The translations under genes and the position numbers were made by a program. Below, piece after piece: positions 12,473 through 24,433 of a stretch of 64,000 bases of DNA. The stretch's first letter is position 1, and every line of letters starts with the position of its first letter. The DNA comes from Oopsacas minuta (lineage: Eukaryota > Animalia > Porifera). Location of the stretch: contig JAKMXF010000221.1 of assembly GCA_024704765.1 (NCBI GenBank), positions 124,001-188,000 on the forward strand, written 5' to 3'. Below the pieces are notes generated by a model, which was not told the origin of the DNA, made no database searches, and was given only the letters and a program-made list of their open reading frames with translations.

Positions 12473-13573
12473 TCTACAACTACTCCCTAACAATCTTCTA
12501 TATGCTCCGCACAAGTTCAGTTCATTCGCAATAACAAAATGTTATTATTGTTAATTAACGCTTTTATTAAAACAGACTTCAAAAGTTTCTGAAGCTTTAT
12601 TGCAAATTATTAAAATCTCTGCCAGCTATGCTATGTGCTTTATAACTGTAAATATTAGTTAGCTAAATCTTACAAACTTGTCTAATTAAAAATATTCTAC
12701 TAAGGTTTAAACAGGACCCAAACTTCCTAATTCAATTTGTACTCCTTCACTAAATTTATCATAGATGCGGCGTATGCACGTATACAGTGATCATGCCAAT
12801 GACCTGACCGTCCTACAATATTTGATGTAGATAATTGTACAAAATACAAATTTGTATGCAAAACACGCCTCTTGAATAACATAGTTTGTTTCTGCATTGG
12901 ATCCTTGGGTTAGCACACTTCGCCTACTATAGTACAATTTGTCGATTGCCTACTCATGAAATACTAATTAGTAATTCTTGTTAATTTCCGAGTAAAATCA
13001 ACAACACAGCATTGTAGATCTTAATTTCTTAGAGCATAGGGTCATAGGCTCTGCTCAAAGATTATGACCAATGTGCTACGGTAAATTCTGGCAATATTAA
13101 TAAAGATGTAGTATAGGAAGATACATAGAAAATGTAAGACGCAATCGAACACATGAACTATTATTGAAAATATGCTAATACGTAATTACTATGTAGTTAA
13201 TTGTAATGTGTTTCTACTCACCAAATTCTAGCTGTAGGTAGTCACTTCTGTGAGAAACTTTATCTCTAATTGGAATTTTCTATATTTCCTGGTGCTTATT
13301 TCACACAGGTTAGTTGTACACTTTAGGATATATTCAATTCCATATATAATATATTATCCCTCCTTTGATCAATTTCTAGATAATAACGAATCAGTTTCTT
13401 ATTCTGATTTTTCAAAGACATTAACATATATAATACTGCAAAGATCTTTATGAATTGTAAACTTGTACAACTAATCTACGGAAATTGAAATTATAGTCTA
13501 CTTCAAAGAATAATTTCACCTTAAAGTGAAGCTAATATTTAATACACCAACAAATCAAATGATTTCTATTCAG

Positions 13574-14596
13574 TTATTTATTATGTGTTAACAAGTGTCG
13601 AGTTAGATGTTGTTTTCTTTTGAATTTAGAGCTGCACTGATCACAGCTAAATGGTCTTTCCTCCGTATGAATTAACATATGAGTAAATAGATTGGTCCTT
13701 TGTCCGAAATCCTTGGGGCACTGTCCACAGGAATAAGGCTTCTCTCCTGTGTGGACACGTTGATGAACTGTCAAATTAACTTTGCTTGAAAACTTTTTCG
13801 GGCAAGTAGTGCATAGAAAAGGTAGATCCCTGGTGTGAATACGGATATGTTCTGTCAGTTGAGTTTTTCTGTTGAATTTCATTAAACAGATCTCACATGA
13901 GTGAGGTTTCTCTCCTGTATGTATCCGTAGATGTACTTGCTGATTAGATCTGCTGCTGAACTTAACTGTGCAAAATTGGCAGGAATATGGTTTCTCTCCG
14001 GTGTGAGAACGTATGTGAAGTTGTAATAGAGTTCTTTTAGCAAATTTCTTTGGACATCGTTCACACAGAAACAAGTGCTCTCCTGTATGGAGACGTTCAT
14101 GTACTGTTAAGCTAGATTTATATATGAATACTTTAGGACAAAAATTACATTGATGAGATGGATTAGTTTTCGAGTTGATTTTCTTCATTCTAGCGTGAGT
14201 TTGTAAGTTGTATGTATTTGGTTCTCTGTTATTAATGTCTGAGATTTGATCCTCTTCATCCAGTATCTCTACTTTAATGTCAATCTCTTGGAGACAAATT
14301 GTTGTTTCGTCAGTGAATTCCCACTGGGGAGAACCAGCTGGAGATTCTTCGAATTTAAAATCATTACGATTCATCGTTTTCAAAATTAGCCAGTCAGAGC
14401 AGTTTACAGAATATTGACGAGTATCTTCACCCTCATCTTGTGTCTGGGATATACCGCTGTGAGGGCCAGTTTCAAATTGTAGAATTTCATCATTTTTTCT
14501 CTCTACCTTTAATTTATCATCTATATGGTCCTGATTATCAATACTATTTCCATTACGTGTTTTCTGACTATGCTTTGTTGAACTAGCTATATCCAT
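13574..14596 (-). CDS. C2H2 zinc-finger protein, 7 fingers
   Basis: Seven CxxC-x12-HxxxH fingers with TGEKP-type linkers. Confidence 0.95.
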   Translation of the reverse strand: MDIASSTKHSQKTRNGNSIDNQDHIDDKLKVERKNDEILQFETGPHSGISQTQDEGEDTRQYSVNCSDWLILKTMNRNDFKFEESPAGSPQWEFTDETTICLQEIDIKVEILDEEDQISDINNREPNTYNLQTHARMKKINSKTNPSHQCNFCPKVFIYKSSLTVHERLHTGEHLFLCERCPKKFAKRTLLQLHIRSHTGEKPYSCQFCTVKFSSRSNQQVHLRIHTGEKPHSCEICLMKFNRKTQLTEHIRIHTRDLPFLCTTCPKKFSSKVNLTVHQRVHTGEKPYSCGQCPKDFGQRTNLFTHMLIHTEERPFSCDQCSSKFKRKQHLTRHLLTHNK

Positions 14597-14950
14597 TGAC
14601 TCTCTAAATATCCTTGATAATTCTACTGATACTAAGACTAGAGAGAACTTTGTAATATTTATTCTTTCAAAGTGTGTGAGCTAATGGTTTGCATTTGATT
14701 CAAATTATTTTCGTAAGGTAGAAAAGAAGTAAGGAAGGAATATTATTTTATTTTAAAGATACGTATACTATTAAACCTCTATCATTTATGGCTTGTGGAT
14801 AATAAAGGTACATATAATATATTGCTATGGTAGAAGTATTTGGGGTAGTTTCGTCTTAAACTTAAAAGATGTAATTTTTAATATTTAATAACAGTTATAA
14901 CTTTAATTATTATTATTCGAATACTATGGAATTTAGTGTATTTGGGAACT

Positions 14951-15280
14951 TCAATCCTCCTTTTGAATTTTCTTGTGTTCTTCAGGAGTTAGATTACCTA
15001 AAGTTGGATTTAAATTCAGAGGGTCACCTAGAAATAATTCTCCTCTCTCATTCAAGCGACTGGTGCCATAAGGATTTGCATAGTTTCTAATTGTAACATG
15101 TTTAACAATTACTAATGCAGAGAGATGTTTAAGTTTACCACAAGTGACCTCTGTATTCTTTAGAAGGTAGATAGGACCCTTCTTCAACCCGAGACTTTTA
15201 ATAATACCTTTAATCCAGTAGGGTCTTCGGATAGCACTGTTCCGTAAGGTAACAGCTAACATCTTTGGTATTTCAGCCAT
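14951..15280 (-). CDS. MRPL30: Mitochondrial ribosomal protein uL30m
   Basis: AVTLRNSAIRRPYWIKGIIKSLGL..KNT...GKLKHLSALV fits the L30 fold. Confidence 0.75.
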   Translation of the reverse strand: MAEIPKMLAVTLRNSAIRRPYWIKGIIKSLGLKKGPIYLLKNTEVTCGKLKHLSALVIVKHVTIRNYANPYGTSRLNERGELFLGDPLNLNPTLGNLTPEEHKKIQKED

Positions 15281-15513
15281 GTAGGAATTGCTAAATGTAG
15301 TTATTTAATTATTAAATCTCAATTTGTGTGTGTGTGTGTGTCACGCTCCCATATAGAAACATATATGTTCAGTTCATAAGTCCAGAACCAAATATTACAC
15401 AATGTAACAACAACAAAACAACAGTGTGAATATTTGTTCACTTTTGGGGACATAAAGTAAGCAGATTTAAAGATTATGGCAGTATATCATGTTTGCTACG
15501 GTTAGGATTATCG

Positions 15514-15576
15514 CTTGCTTGCGCAAGCAAGTGAAGCGGTTTTTTTAACCCCGTTGGACCAAATATTTCGTAACAG
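15514..15576. repeat. Small repeat remnant: 18-bp palindrome plus GGACCAAATATTTCGT motif
   Basis: CTTGCTTGCGCAAGCAAG is self-complementary. The nearby GGACCAAATATTTCGTAACAG is nearly identical to part of the palindromic element at 24254-24433. Confidence 0.5.
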
Positions 15577-15742
15577 ACCAATTAATAATTTTATTAGTAA
15601 TATTCCAACCATTTATAAAGAATATAAGACAAATGTCATTACTAAAATACCACATAAGTAAATAAATTTGACTGTTGTGTGAATTCCCTTGACTAGTGGG
15701 GTGTGGAGTGAGTAGCATCTATGTTATTTCAGTAACAACCAG

Positions 15743-16456
15743 CTATATTGGCTGAGCAACTACATATCTTGGCTTACATATTAGAATATAAGATAAAATT
15801 ATCCCGAATATTTCCATACAGGTTACAATAACAGCGACCACCATGGACAAGATGGAAATCCATTGGAAATTAGTTTTTAGATGGTATGCACAGCCTGTCT
15901 TGTGTACGTTACTGGCAATAGGGACACAACCTTGATCAATACAACAGCTGGAGGGTATCTGAGCTTTTATTGTGTACCAGTCATTCGGAGATTCAGTTCC
16001 ACAACATTTCAAACCATTTTGGATAGATTCAAAAGTGAGGGCAACTTCATCTGGAGATGCGTTTTGCATGTAACTCTTCATAGAATCTGTCATTTTAGTA
16101 GATATCTCGTCATGGAGAGCCAGAAATACACCAGCTCCCGCTACATGCAGGAGTACACTTAGAACCATTATTACATTGAAAGTTGTGAGCAGACATCTGT
16201 TGTATAGAGCTGCGCTGCAGCAACCAATGATACTAGCAGTTAGTATGATAAGTACGGTGATACCTATCAGAACTGGGCTGACAATATAGAGTACATGGAA
16301 GTAAGTCTCAGTACCAAGAAACGTGAAGAAATCTTTAAAAGCAATCACATAGTAAGCTATTGGAGCAACAACAGCAGCACCTAGTATCCACAACCAAGCG
16401 CAGAAGATGAGCAACAGAACTCTGAGCAACATTCCATCTTTTATCTCGCTCTTCAT
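15743..16456 (-). CDS. Tetraspanin
   Basis: Four TM segments, CCG motif (LKCCGTESPNDW) and PSSCC in the large extracellular loop. Confidence 0.93.
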   Translation of the reverse strand: MKSEIKDGMLLRVLLLIFCAWLWILGAAVVAPIAYYVIAFKDFFTFLGTETYFHVLYIVSPVLIGITVLIILTASIIGCCSAALYNRCLLTTFNVIMVLSVLLHVAGAGVFLALHDEISTKMTDSMKSYMQNASPDEVALTFESIQNGLKCCGTESPNDWYTIKAQIPSSCCIDQGCVPIASNVHKTGCAYHLKTNFQWISILSMVVAVIVTCMEIFGIILSYILICKPRYVVAQPI

Positions 16457-17115
16457 ATTTAAAAATTAGACATATAAATCATACAATTGAATTCACTAAT
16501 TCTTTCGACCTATTTATTGTGAATTCTTCTCTTTTATATTTTCATTACTCAGTGAATTTACAGAGCAAGGCTTCGCTACCTATTAAGTCTCTCATGGCCA
16601 AATCACCATTATTATCCACAATACCATAAACCTTAGAAAAGGAATTTCAAATTCCAAATCCTACTTATCTACATATTGTTGTATTGATTCTTTGCAAGTT
16701 TGTTAGTAGAGGGTAAACGCTTATTAGCTAGCTATGAGAATCATACAAAATTTTTCAAAAGAACATAAATATACTCTCAAGGCTTGATTAATTTGAAAGG
16801 CATCAACCATGTCGATATAAATTGGTGGTAAAATATCATGCAGTATGATCGAATAATACCACAGGCGTGATTTAATTACTGAGCGACTGACTATAGCATA
16901 TTCGGATAGTAAAATCAAATAAAAGTTAGGATCAAGCAAATGAATCAGGTCATGCTAGCAATTATTCAAATACTATTGGCGTATTATTAGATAATGCATT
17001 CTCTTAACATATAACAATATTTATTCTTATGTACATACTTGTACTTTGAACAGAACAACTGAACATACAGACTATCTTTAGTTTAGTGACCGTTGCCGTT
17101 AATAAATCAAAGTAG

Positions 17116-20100
17116 CTAAACAAACCGCACGGGGCTGGAGATAAGCCCCCGAGTAGCAGGGTACAAAAGTTCTTTGCTTTTCCTTCCAGATTTGTGTTCA
17201 GGATTTTTCTTTATCTTACTCAGTTTAGTATAATCAATTGGTTTATCCTCTGTCATTTGACAGTCTACTATTAGATCTTCCTCGTCTTCTCGGAGAGCTT
17301 TGTCTATGGCAGCTTGTACAGCAGGATTGACTGCAGGTTCCTCATAGTCTCGTGTAGTACGAGTAGGCATGTCTAGCTCAAGTGAAAGTATATTGCAGAG
17401 CCTGTATCTGAAAATAATAAGGGTGTAATACTGGGAGTGTAGCATTAACAGTATCAGGAACAATTAAACGTATTTCTATCAGATACTGCATACCTAGGAT
17501 TGTTAGTAGTAGCTGCCATCCTCCTCGCATATGCACAATAAGGTCGCATGAATCCTAGAGCAGATCCAGGTCTAGGTCTTAGATTTTCCAGGGTGAAATT
17601 CTGTGTAATTCCATCCAGACCCCATTCATCTTTCTCTTCATCATATCTTGCTCTGGAGATGAGATTGTCTTTGAAATCCGGAGGTACAAAGTTCTCTAGA
17701 ACTAATTTCTTGAACTTTATCTCCTTATTCAGCATTTCGTGAGCACTCAATAAATCTTGTTTCTGTCTCACCTAGATCATTACATAATATGATTGCAATC
17801 ATGTGTCTATCGTGTCGACTTCCTAATAATTTTATGGATATAGTTAAGCTGAATTAACTGTAATATGATTCAATACTGTTACAAGTACGTACTACGTAAC
17901 ATTAATATTACTACCTGTTCGTTTGTGTGGTCCTCAATCTCTGTTTTAGTTAATTGTAGCTGGTGATATAGTTTCTTTAGTTTTCGAGTTTTGTTGTCAA
18001 CTTCTTCCTGTAAATTATCAAATGTTTCTTTTATTTCTGAAGCGCTCTCTTTATTTGCTTCTAGTTTTTGTCTCATTTCCTGCTCTCTAGCCTTCTGAGC
18101 TGATATCTGCTTTTTCCGCTCAGCTAAAGCTTTCTCCTGCTCGGCTGTATGTACAGAGATTGTTTTCCCACCAGCTAGGAGCTTACTTTCCATAGCCTTG
18201 ATTTTAGCAGCTAGATTATCTCTGTTTTTCTGTTCTTTCTTAACCTGCAACAATTCAAAGATAATCTATTTTCTATAAACAATATAAGATACTCACCTCT
18301 TCCATTTTCTTCTGCACCTCATTTACCATTCGATCCTTCTCTTCCTCTACTATTTCTGTATTTTGTAGAAGAGAAGCTTTCTCAGATTCCAATCTTTTCC
18401 TCTCCTCTTTCAAATAAGCCTCATGATCTCTCTCCTCCTCGTAATCAGATTGTTCCTCTCCCTTCTTTCCCTCTTTGAATTTCTTCTTTTTCTTATTACC
18501 CATCATAGATTTTAATCGTGACAATTCATCTTGAAACTCTCTAATAGCAAATAATAACTCAAATGGCAATCAATGAATATACGAAAAACACATACCTCAG
18601 AAGAGCATCTTTGGGATCTTCGTTAATTCTAGGTTTGTTCTTAATATTCTTAGCTCTGTTGGCGTACCTTAGTGTTAGCAGAGACTCTTCGAAATTATAA
18701 CTAGCTGGTCCTATTGTTGCTATCATTACAGTTTTAGAATTACCTCCGAGTGAATCTTGCAATAGTCTAGTCAGTTTAGAATCTCTGTAACGGATGTGAG
18801 TTACGCTTGGATCTACCAACGCAGAAATAACGTTACCCAGAGCAGAGAGAGACAAGTTTATCTCTGTAGCTTCTTTGAAACGATCTCCAGTTGAGTGTGT
18901 CTTGGCTTGTCTCTCACTGCCTAGCATTAATACATATAGTGGATATATAATCTCTATTATTAAATCTCAATTGTTGTTTGTCCGTTGTCAAGGAAAGGAT
19001 TTACGGTATGCAATTTTGAAATAGTCCCACAACTATGTATTATCGTGTTATCAAGCAAGTAAATATAATTCGATAAAACTTCACTAAACATTTCGAATAT
19101 GCTGAATCCGAATTTCACATTTTCAAGTTTCTCATATATATATATATATATATATAGTTATTGTTGTTTTTATGAATATAAAGTAAACAAATAGTTGAAA
19201 TATTAATTTATTAGTTCAATTTTGAATTTTATACTTTGCTAAATTCGAGGCACGAAGCGGGTCGTAATAATATAAATTACGATAGTATATACTATATTAA
19301 TGCATTGTAATATTGTAGTACCTACCTGCCAGATCCACTAGGTTTAGTTTACCCACTCTAATATGGCTCTCTCCCTCAGAGTCTAACTCAGAGCATTCTA
19401 CTGTTATCGCGAATATGGCATGGGATCTGGAAGAGTGTTCGTTCATATCTGTCTTACCCACACTACGATTCTGGTTTCCTACATTCATGACATGCATAAT
19501 CTCCTTTACACTCTTGGTAACGAAAGAGGAGAGATCTTGAACATAAACCCCTGTACAAATAAATAATATAATTATGAATATTATAGCTACAAATTAGTTC
19601 TGTGATAGAGTAAAATGTTCAAAAAGTTTGACGTAGACAGTGACATAACAAGTCAAATTCAGGTTAAACAGTCTGTACAGAAAGCTATTCGTAGTAACCT
19701 CAGAGATCAGTACCCATTACTCACACCATATATAGATGATATCTTACCCAAGAAGGAGCCGGTTAACTTAATTAAAGGCAAGGACCATGTGGAGATAGTA
19801 GCGTGTAGAAAGGAGCCTTTGTTTTTCAGAAAGAGAGACAGTACTTATCTTCCTACTCTTAAGTTGTTACACAAATTTCCTTTCTTATTGCCTAAATTTC
19901 AAGTGGACGCTGGAGCCATTAAGTTTATCCTGTCAGGTGCTAACGTGATGGCCCCTGGGCTGAATTCTAGAGGGGGGCGTATGGATGAGGTGGACAAAGA
20001 CACCATAGTGGGCATATACGCAGAAGGGAAGCAACATAGTATGGGTATAGGACAGACATTAGCGTCTACTAAAGAGATACAGACAGTGAATAAAGGAATT

Positions 20101-21389
20101 GCTATTGAGTTAATACATTATCTTAACGATGGACTATGGCAACTAGAGGATGTGAGGTATTAGCTGTATTTATTATTTAGACTTATGTAGGATCTGATAT
20201 TAAATTGATAGTACAAGTAAATTATATGTGTATTATATGACTTATTTCAGCGATAATTAAGATTTCGACAACCTGAAATCTCAATTTCGCGATACTTAAT
20301 ATTTATCATTTTAGACAATTGACTGTAGTAAAGTAATCGCCATTAATTCAGAATATTAACATATACTTTTACGTAGTTATATTAGCTAGATAATGAGTGT
20401 AGAGAGCGAAGGAGCAGAGCCAGCACCAAAAGCAGTTGTATCCAACAAAGTAACAGTTATGTTGAAGCCAACTGCAAACGCTCCTATCTTGAAACAGAAA
20501 AACTATATAGTAGAGCGTAGCAGACATGTGGGTTGGATTAGTAACTTCCTTAAGAAGCAAATTCAAGCTGAACCAGATGATCAAGTCTTCCTTTATATAA
20601 ACCAATGTTTCTGTCCTTCACCGGACCAAGAAGTGGGAGCCCTATTCGACCTCTACGAGTCTGGAAAGAAACTAGTATTACACTACTGTCTAACTCCTGC
20701 TTGGGGCTAATATATACAATTATAAATGTTTGAATTTATTTGAGTTAAGTAGTGTTGTATGTATATCCTTTATAGAAATACACTAATAATCTTACCTGTA
20801 TCTGTTCTCTCTCTCAGCTGGAGTCTCTTCTCCTGATCCTTAGAGAGGAGATCCTTAACTTCATCTTGGTATATCTCCATGTAGGAGGCTCTGACTAAGA
20901 ATTGCAGATTCTCCGTCTTAGAAATGTGTGAGAATATAAAGTCAAAGCAATTCGGGATTACTCCCCTCTTTTCTGGTTCATTCGACTCCCCTACAGATTA
21001 ATACAAATACATTAATATCAATAATTATAATTATTTATCTATCTACCTTGCATGGTGTATGTTTTCCCTGTCCCTGTCTGTCCATAAGCGAATATAGTAC
21101 CGTTGTAGCCCTGTAATACTGATTCTACTATAGGATGTATTGTCTCGAGGTATACATCAAACTGTTTGGAATTCCAATCATAGACAGAATCAAAAGTAAA
21201 CTCTCTTTTCCGCTCTCCAGAAGACTTAGTGTTAAGTAGCGTAATACTCCCTGTGGTATTATCTATCTCTACAATGTTGGTATGAGATATCAACTCAGAC
21301 TTACTCATGGGTCTACATCTCACTACCACACGGATGTTCTCTTGCTTCCTGCTTGATCCTGTTTCTAGTTGTACATCACTAGTTGTCAT
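17116..21389 (-). CDS. KIF3B: Kinesin-2 KIF3B-like; exons 21389-21047, 20990-20796, 19550-19326, 18920-18596, 18540-18297, 18244-17915, 17771-17494, 17407-17116
   Basis: GQTGTGKT P-loop, [12 protein letters not shown]|[28 protein letters not shown] and [13 protein letters not shown] match KIF3B. Splice phases are consistent throughout. Confidence 0.93.
19094..19257. mobile_element. Dispersed repeat copy A with internal (AT)n, in KIF3B intron 3
   Basis: Shares an exact 42-nt block (TTTTATGAATATAAAGTAAACAAATAGTTGAAATATTAATTT) and an exact 30-nt block (TTTATACTTTGCTAAATTCGAGGCACGAAG) with 51403-51552. Confidence 0.75.
19615..20163 (+). CDS. MCTS1: MCTS1 translation re-initiation factor (PUA domain), nested in KIF3B intron 2
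   Basis: [52 protein letters not shown]. Confidence 0.95.
   Translation: MFKKFDVDSDITSQIQVKQSVQKAIRSNLRDQYPLLTPYIDDILPKKEPVNLIKGKDHVEIVACRKEPLFFRKRDSTYLPTLKLLHKFPFLLPKFQVDAGAIKFILSGANVMAPGLNSRGGRMDEVDKDTIVGIYAEGKQHSMGIGQTLASTKEIQTVNKGIAIELIHYLNDGLWQLEDVRY
20393..20710 (+). CDS. ATG12: Autophagy ubiquitin-like protein ATG12, nested in KIF3B intron 2
   Basis: [19 protein letters not shown]-type segment [16 protein letters not shown]-terminal [10 protein letters not shown]. Confidence 0.95.
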   Translation: MSVESEGAEPAPKAVVSNKVTVMLKPTANAPILKQKNYIVERSRHVGWISNFLKKQIQAEPDDQVFLYINQCFCPSPDQEVGALFDLYESGKKLVLHYCLTPAWG

Positions 21390-21607
21390 GTGTAGCTGTT
21401 TGTACTAGTAAATCAATAGATTAGTAATACAGTGGATGCCGGTGATAAGAATACAGGATATAAGCACCCTCGTCTGGAAACGGTTCTCATACATAGCTAC
21501 TCCCAAGGGGGTATTTATAATCAGCATCCACTCTATAAATAATGAGCAATAATTTTTTGAATTAGATTTATTACATACGAATATCTTATATGCTAAAATT
21601 CAATATA

Positions 21608-22138
21608 CTAAACAGAAGTTAGGATAGGTCCACCCCCTACTATCTCTAGCACTTCTCTTTCTATTCCGAATTTTATCCAGTCTGATGCGTAGATAGGCAG
21701 AATACCAAGCATTTCACATTTATATAGTCCAAGTAGCAGACTCACAATATTAGCTAACAAGTACACAAACATTTGTAGAAGTTTCTGGTCTCCTCTCAGC
21801 TGTTTATAGAAATCCTTAGATGTGAGTAGAGCGGATATTGGTCTATACATGAGAATACCTACCATCATTAAACCGTATATAGAAATAGTACTGCCTGTCA
21901 TATACATTAGTAATAGATTCATTGGTACTTGGTACATGGGAGCGAGAGCTGCATTCCAGGATTGTTTAGTTAGTAGATTTCTATTTTGTTCCTGAGGTTG
22001 ATCAGAACTAGATCCCTCTATAACTACTGTCTTACACCCAGGGGGAGATGGGAGTGAGCTATAGTTTCTGTTCGAATAATCCAAACACCATTTGTGCTTC
22101 CGAGAGGAGCCAGAATGTCTGGACTTGGAACTTGACAT
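21608..22138 (-). CDS. EMC4: ER membrane complex subunit 4 (TMEM85)
   Basis: SWNAALAPMYQVPMNLLLMYMTGSTISIY and YKCEMLGILPIYASDW motifs. Confidence 0.88.
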   Translation of the reverse strand: MSSSKSRHSGSSRKHKWCLDYSNRNYSSLPSPPGCKTVVIEGSSSDQPQEQNRNLLTKQSWNAALAPMYQVPMNLLLMYMTGSTISIYGLMMVGILMYRPISALLTSKDFYKQLRGDQKLLQMFVYLLANIVSLLLGLYKCEMLGILPIYASDWIKFGIEREVLEIVGGGPILTSV

Positions 22139-22404
22139 TGCAAATATGAGGTTATCAGTATGTTGCTATACGTAAATTATATTCTCAAAAAAGCTATGTA
22201 ATTATGGAACAATAAAACTTTGATGTATGATCATGCGAACAAATTTATTCGATTAATTATACAAATATGAAGAAGGTGCATGGTGTTAACTTTATCAGTA
22301 GGCGTATGACCTACGCTTGCTAGCATCAAATAGGTGTACGTATAAAATTGAGAGATATTAAATTTGGTACCATAAATTTGTTTATTTTCTTAAAAAAACT
22401 CAAA

Positions 22405-23844
22405 ATGATTATTTCAAACTATTTCGGACGAATTTTCTCACTCTCTTGTATTCGGGCTTACAGTAGCTCTGTCAAACCTACAAAACAAACCAATGAAGAA
22501 ATCCCTGCTTACGGAGGTCTATCATTCAAGGAGGTTGAAGAAAAGCGCCATAAGTTTCTATCACCCTCGCTTCAAACGTATTTTTTCTTCCCAGAGAATC
22601 CTTTCTACCTAACTCGTGCTAGAATGCAGTATATCTATGATGCTAATGATACTCGCTACGTGGACCTGACAGGTCAAAACACCTCTATTTCTGTGGGACA
22701 CAACCACCCAAGAGTTGTAGCAGCAATCAAACGCCAAATGGAGTCTGTAGTTCATTGCTCTACCATGTTCTATAACGAGTCTCCTGTACTTCTTGCAGAA
22801 CAGTTAGTAGCTACTGTCCCTAACATAAGTAACAGTAAGGAGGATTGGGTAGTGCATTTAGTATCGTCTGGCAGCGAGGCAGTGGATCTGGCAATAATGC
22901 TAGCTCGTGCTTACACGGGTAACTTTGATGTCTTAGCTCTTCGCAGCTCGTATCATGGCCTCCTCTCCACACCCATGGGACTCACGGGTCTCAACACCTG
23001 TAAGCAGAACATTGCTGGAGGGTTTGGAGTAAAACACTGTATGAACCCTGATATGTTTCGGGGACAGTTCGCGGGAGATCCTCAAGCCCCGGATAAGTAT
23101 GCACAAGATGTAAGAGATGTTATCCAATACTCAACTCCGGGGAAGGTTGCTGCGTTTATATTCGAGCCGGTTATAATGGTAGGAGGGCTACACCCACTTC
23201 CACAGGGCTATCTACCCAAGGCCTGTGAGTACGTAAGGGAAGCAGGGGGACTTATCATCTCGGACGAGGTGCAGACAGGGAATGGGAGACCGGGGTCTCA
23301 TTTTTGGGCTGTTGAGAAATACGGAGTTCAGCCGGATATAATCGTGACAGGCAAGGGATTGAGTAACGGACTACCTATAGGTGCTGTTATGATGAGACGA
23401 GAAGTAGCAGAGTCCATGGCACATAAAGTGTTCTTCTCAACATACGGCAGCAATCCTACTGTCTGTGCAGCTGCAACCGAAGTTATGAGAATTCTGAGAG
23501 AGGATAAGACAGTTTCTCATATCACGAATGTAGCAGAATTGTTTTTAGAAAGTTTTCTACGTATTCAGCAGAAGTACCCTAGTATCATTGGAGATGTAAG
23601 AGCACTGGGATTACTACTTGCTCTGGACGTAGTGAAAGATCCAGTATCTAGACAGCCTGATAGGGAATCAGCTCAGAAGCTGCTAACACTAATACGAGAG
23701 AGAGGAGTTATCATGACAACAGGAGGCCTAGGGAAGAATGTGCTAAGAATGAATCCTCCTCTCTGTGTAACTCCAGAAGACGTTAAGCTAACAGAAAATG
23801 CCATTCTCGAATCTATCGAGACTCACTACGGAAAAAGCCTATAG
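22405..23844 (+). CDS. AGXT2: Class III PLP aminotransferase, mitochondrial AGXT2-like
   Basis: SVGHNHP, SGSEAVDLA, ISDEVQTG.GR, PLP lysine in TGKGLSNGLP, STYGSNP. The ATG at 22405 gives a transit-peptide-like N-terminus. Confidence 0.9.
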   Translation: MIISNYFGRIFSLSCIRAYSSSVKPTKQTNEEIPAYGGLSFKEVEEKRHKFLSPSLQTYFFFPENPFYLTRARMQYIYDANDTRYVDLTGQNTSISVGHNHPRVVAAIKRQMESVVHCSTMFYNESPVLLAEQLVATVPNISNSKEDWVVHLVSSGSEAVDLAIMLARAYTGNFDVLALRSSYHGLLSTPMGLTGLNTCKQNIAGGFGVKHCMNPDMFRGQFAGDPQAPDKYAQDVRDVIQYSTPGKVAAFIFEPVIMVGGLHPLPQGYLPKACEYVREAGGLIISDEVQTGNGRPGSHFWAVEKYGVQPDIIVTGKGLSNGLPIGAVMMRREVAESMAHKVFFSTYGSNPTVCAAATEVMRILREDKTVSHITNVAELFLESFLRIQQKYPSIIGDVRALGLLLALDVVKDPVSRQPDRESAQKLLTLIRERGVIMTTGGLGKNVLRMNPPLCVTPEDVKLTENAILESIETHYGKSL

Positions 23845-24253
23845 CGCATAACTCTACATTACATTCAGCTTAATAACAGGACGTAGGATTGGAATTTGTA
23901 ATTCCTACCACCTCCCAACTATTATAAGTAATTGTTTGCAATAATTGATAGGAATTGTTTGAGTGATACTGGTAGTACATACAATAATAGAGAAATTGAC
24001 TAAAGTTCTAAGACATAATAATACCTAAAGTCCTAAACACACAAATACTAATAACAATATACTAGTCACGTAATTCCTAATATCCCTATACTATGTAACG
24101 GTGTTACATAGCTGTTTTATACAACTGAATGTAATCAAACGTGTATTTCCATGAACTAAGTGAATGGAATTACATGTTTGATTCCATTCAGTTGCAGGAA
24201 ACTAGGGTTAGGGTTTGGGTTAGAGTTAGAGGTTTAAAAGATAGGCGCGAAGG

Positions 24254-24433
24254 GGGAGAAAAGCATAGGGAGCGACTTAATTAGCCTGTCACGAAATATT
24301 CGGTCCGTGTTGTTATTGGTCTGCTCTGTTAGAATACACGGCTATTAGTTTATTCTAACAGACCAGATCAATAACAACAGGGACCAAATATTTCGTGACA
24401 GGCCATTTAAGTCGCTCCCTATGCTTTTCTCCC
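24254..24433. mobile_element. About 180-bp near-perfect palindromic (foldback) element next to degenerate TTAGGG repeats
   Basis: Arm GGGAGAAAAGCATAGGGAGCGACTTAA..TGTCACGAAATATT..CTGTTAGAATA is mirrored by TATTCTAACAG..AAATATTTCGTGACA..TTAAGTCGCTCCCTATGCTTTTCTCCC, with a 14-nt loop. Confidence 0.85.

Noticed and set aside
22405-23844. Intronless, GC-richer aminotransferase as a horizontal transfer
   Set aside because: Motifs and transit-like N-terminus fit ordinary animal AGXT2; many genes here are intronless with similar composition.
24204-24235. TTAGGG-like tract (also about 25720-25738) as a telomere or chromosome-breakage site
   Set aside because: Only 3-5 degenerate units, internal to gene-dense DNA and tied to the duplicated block.
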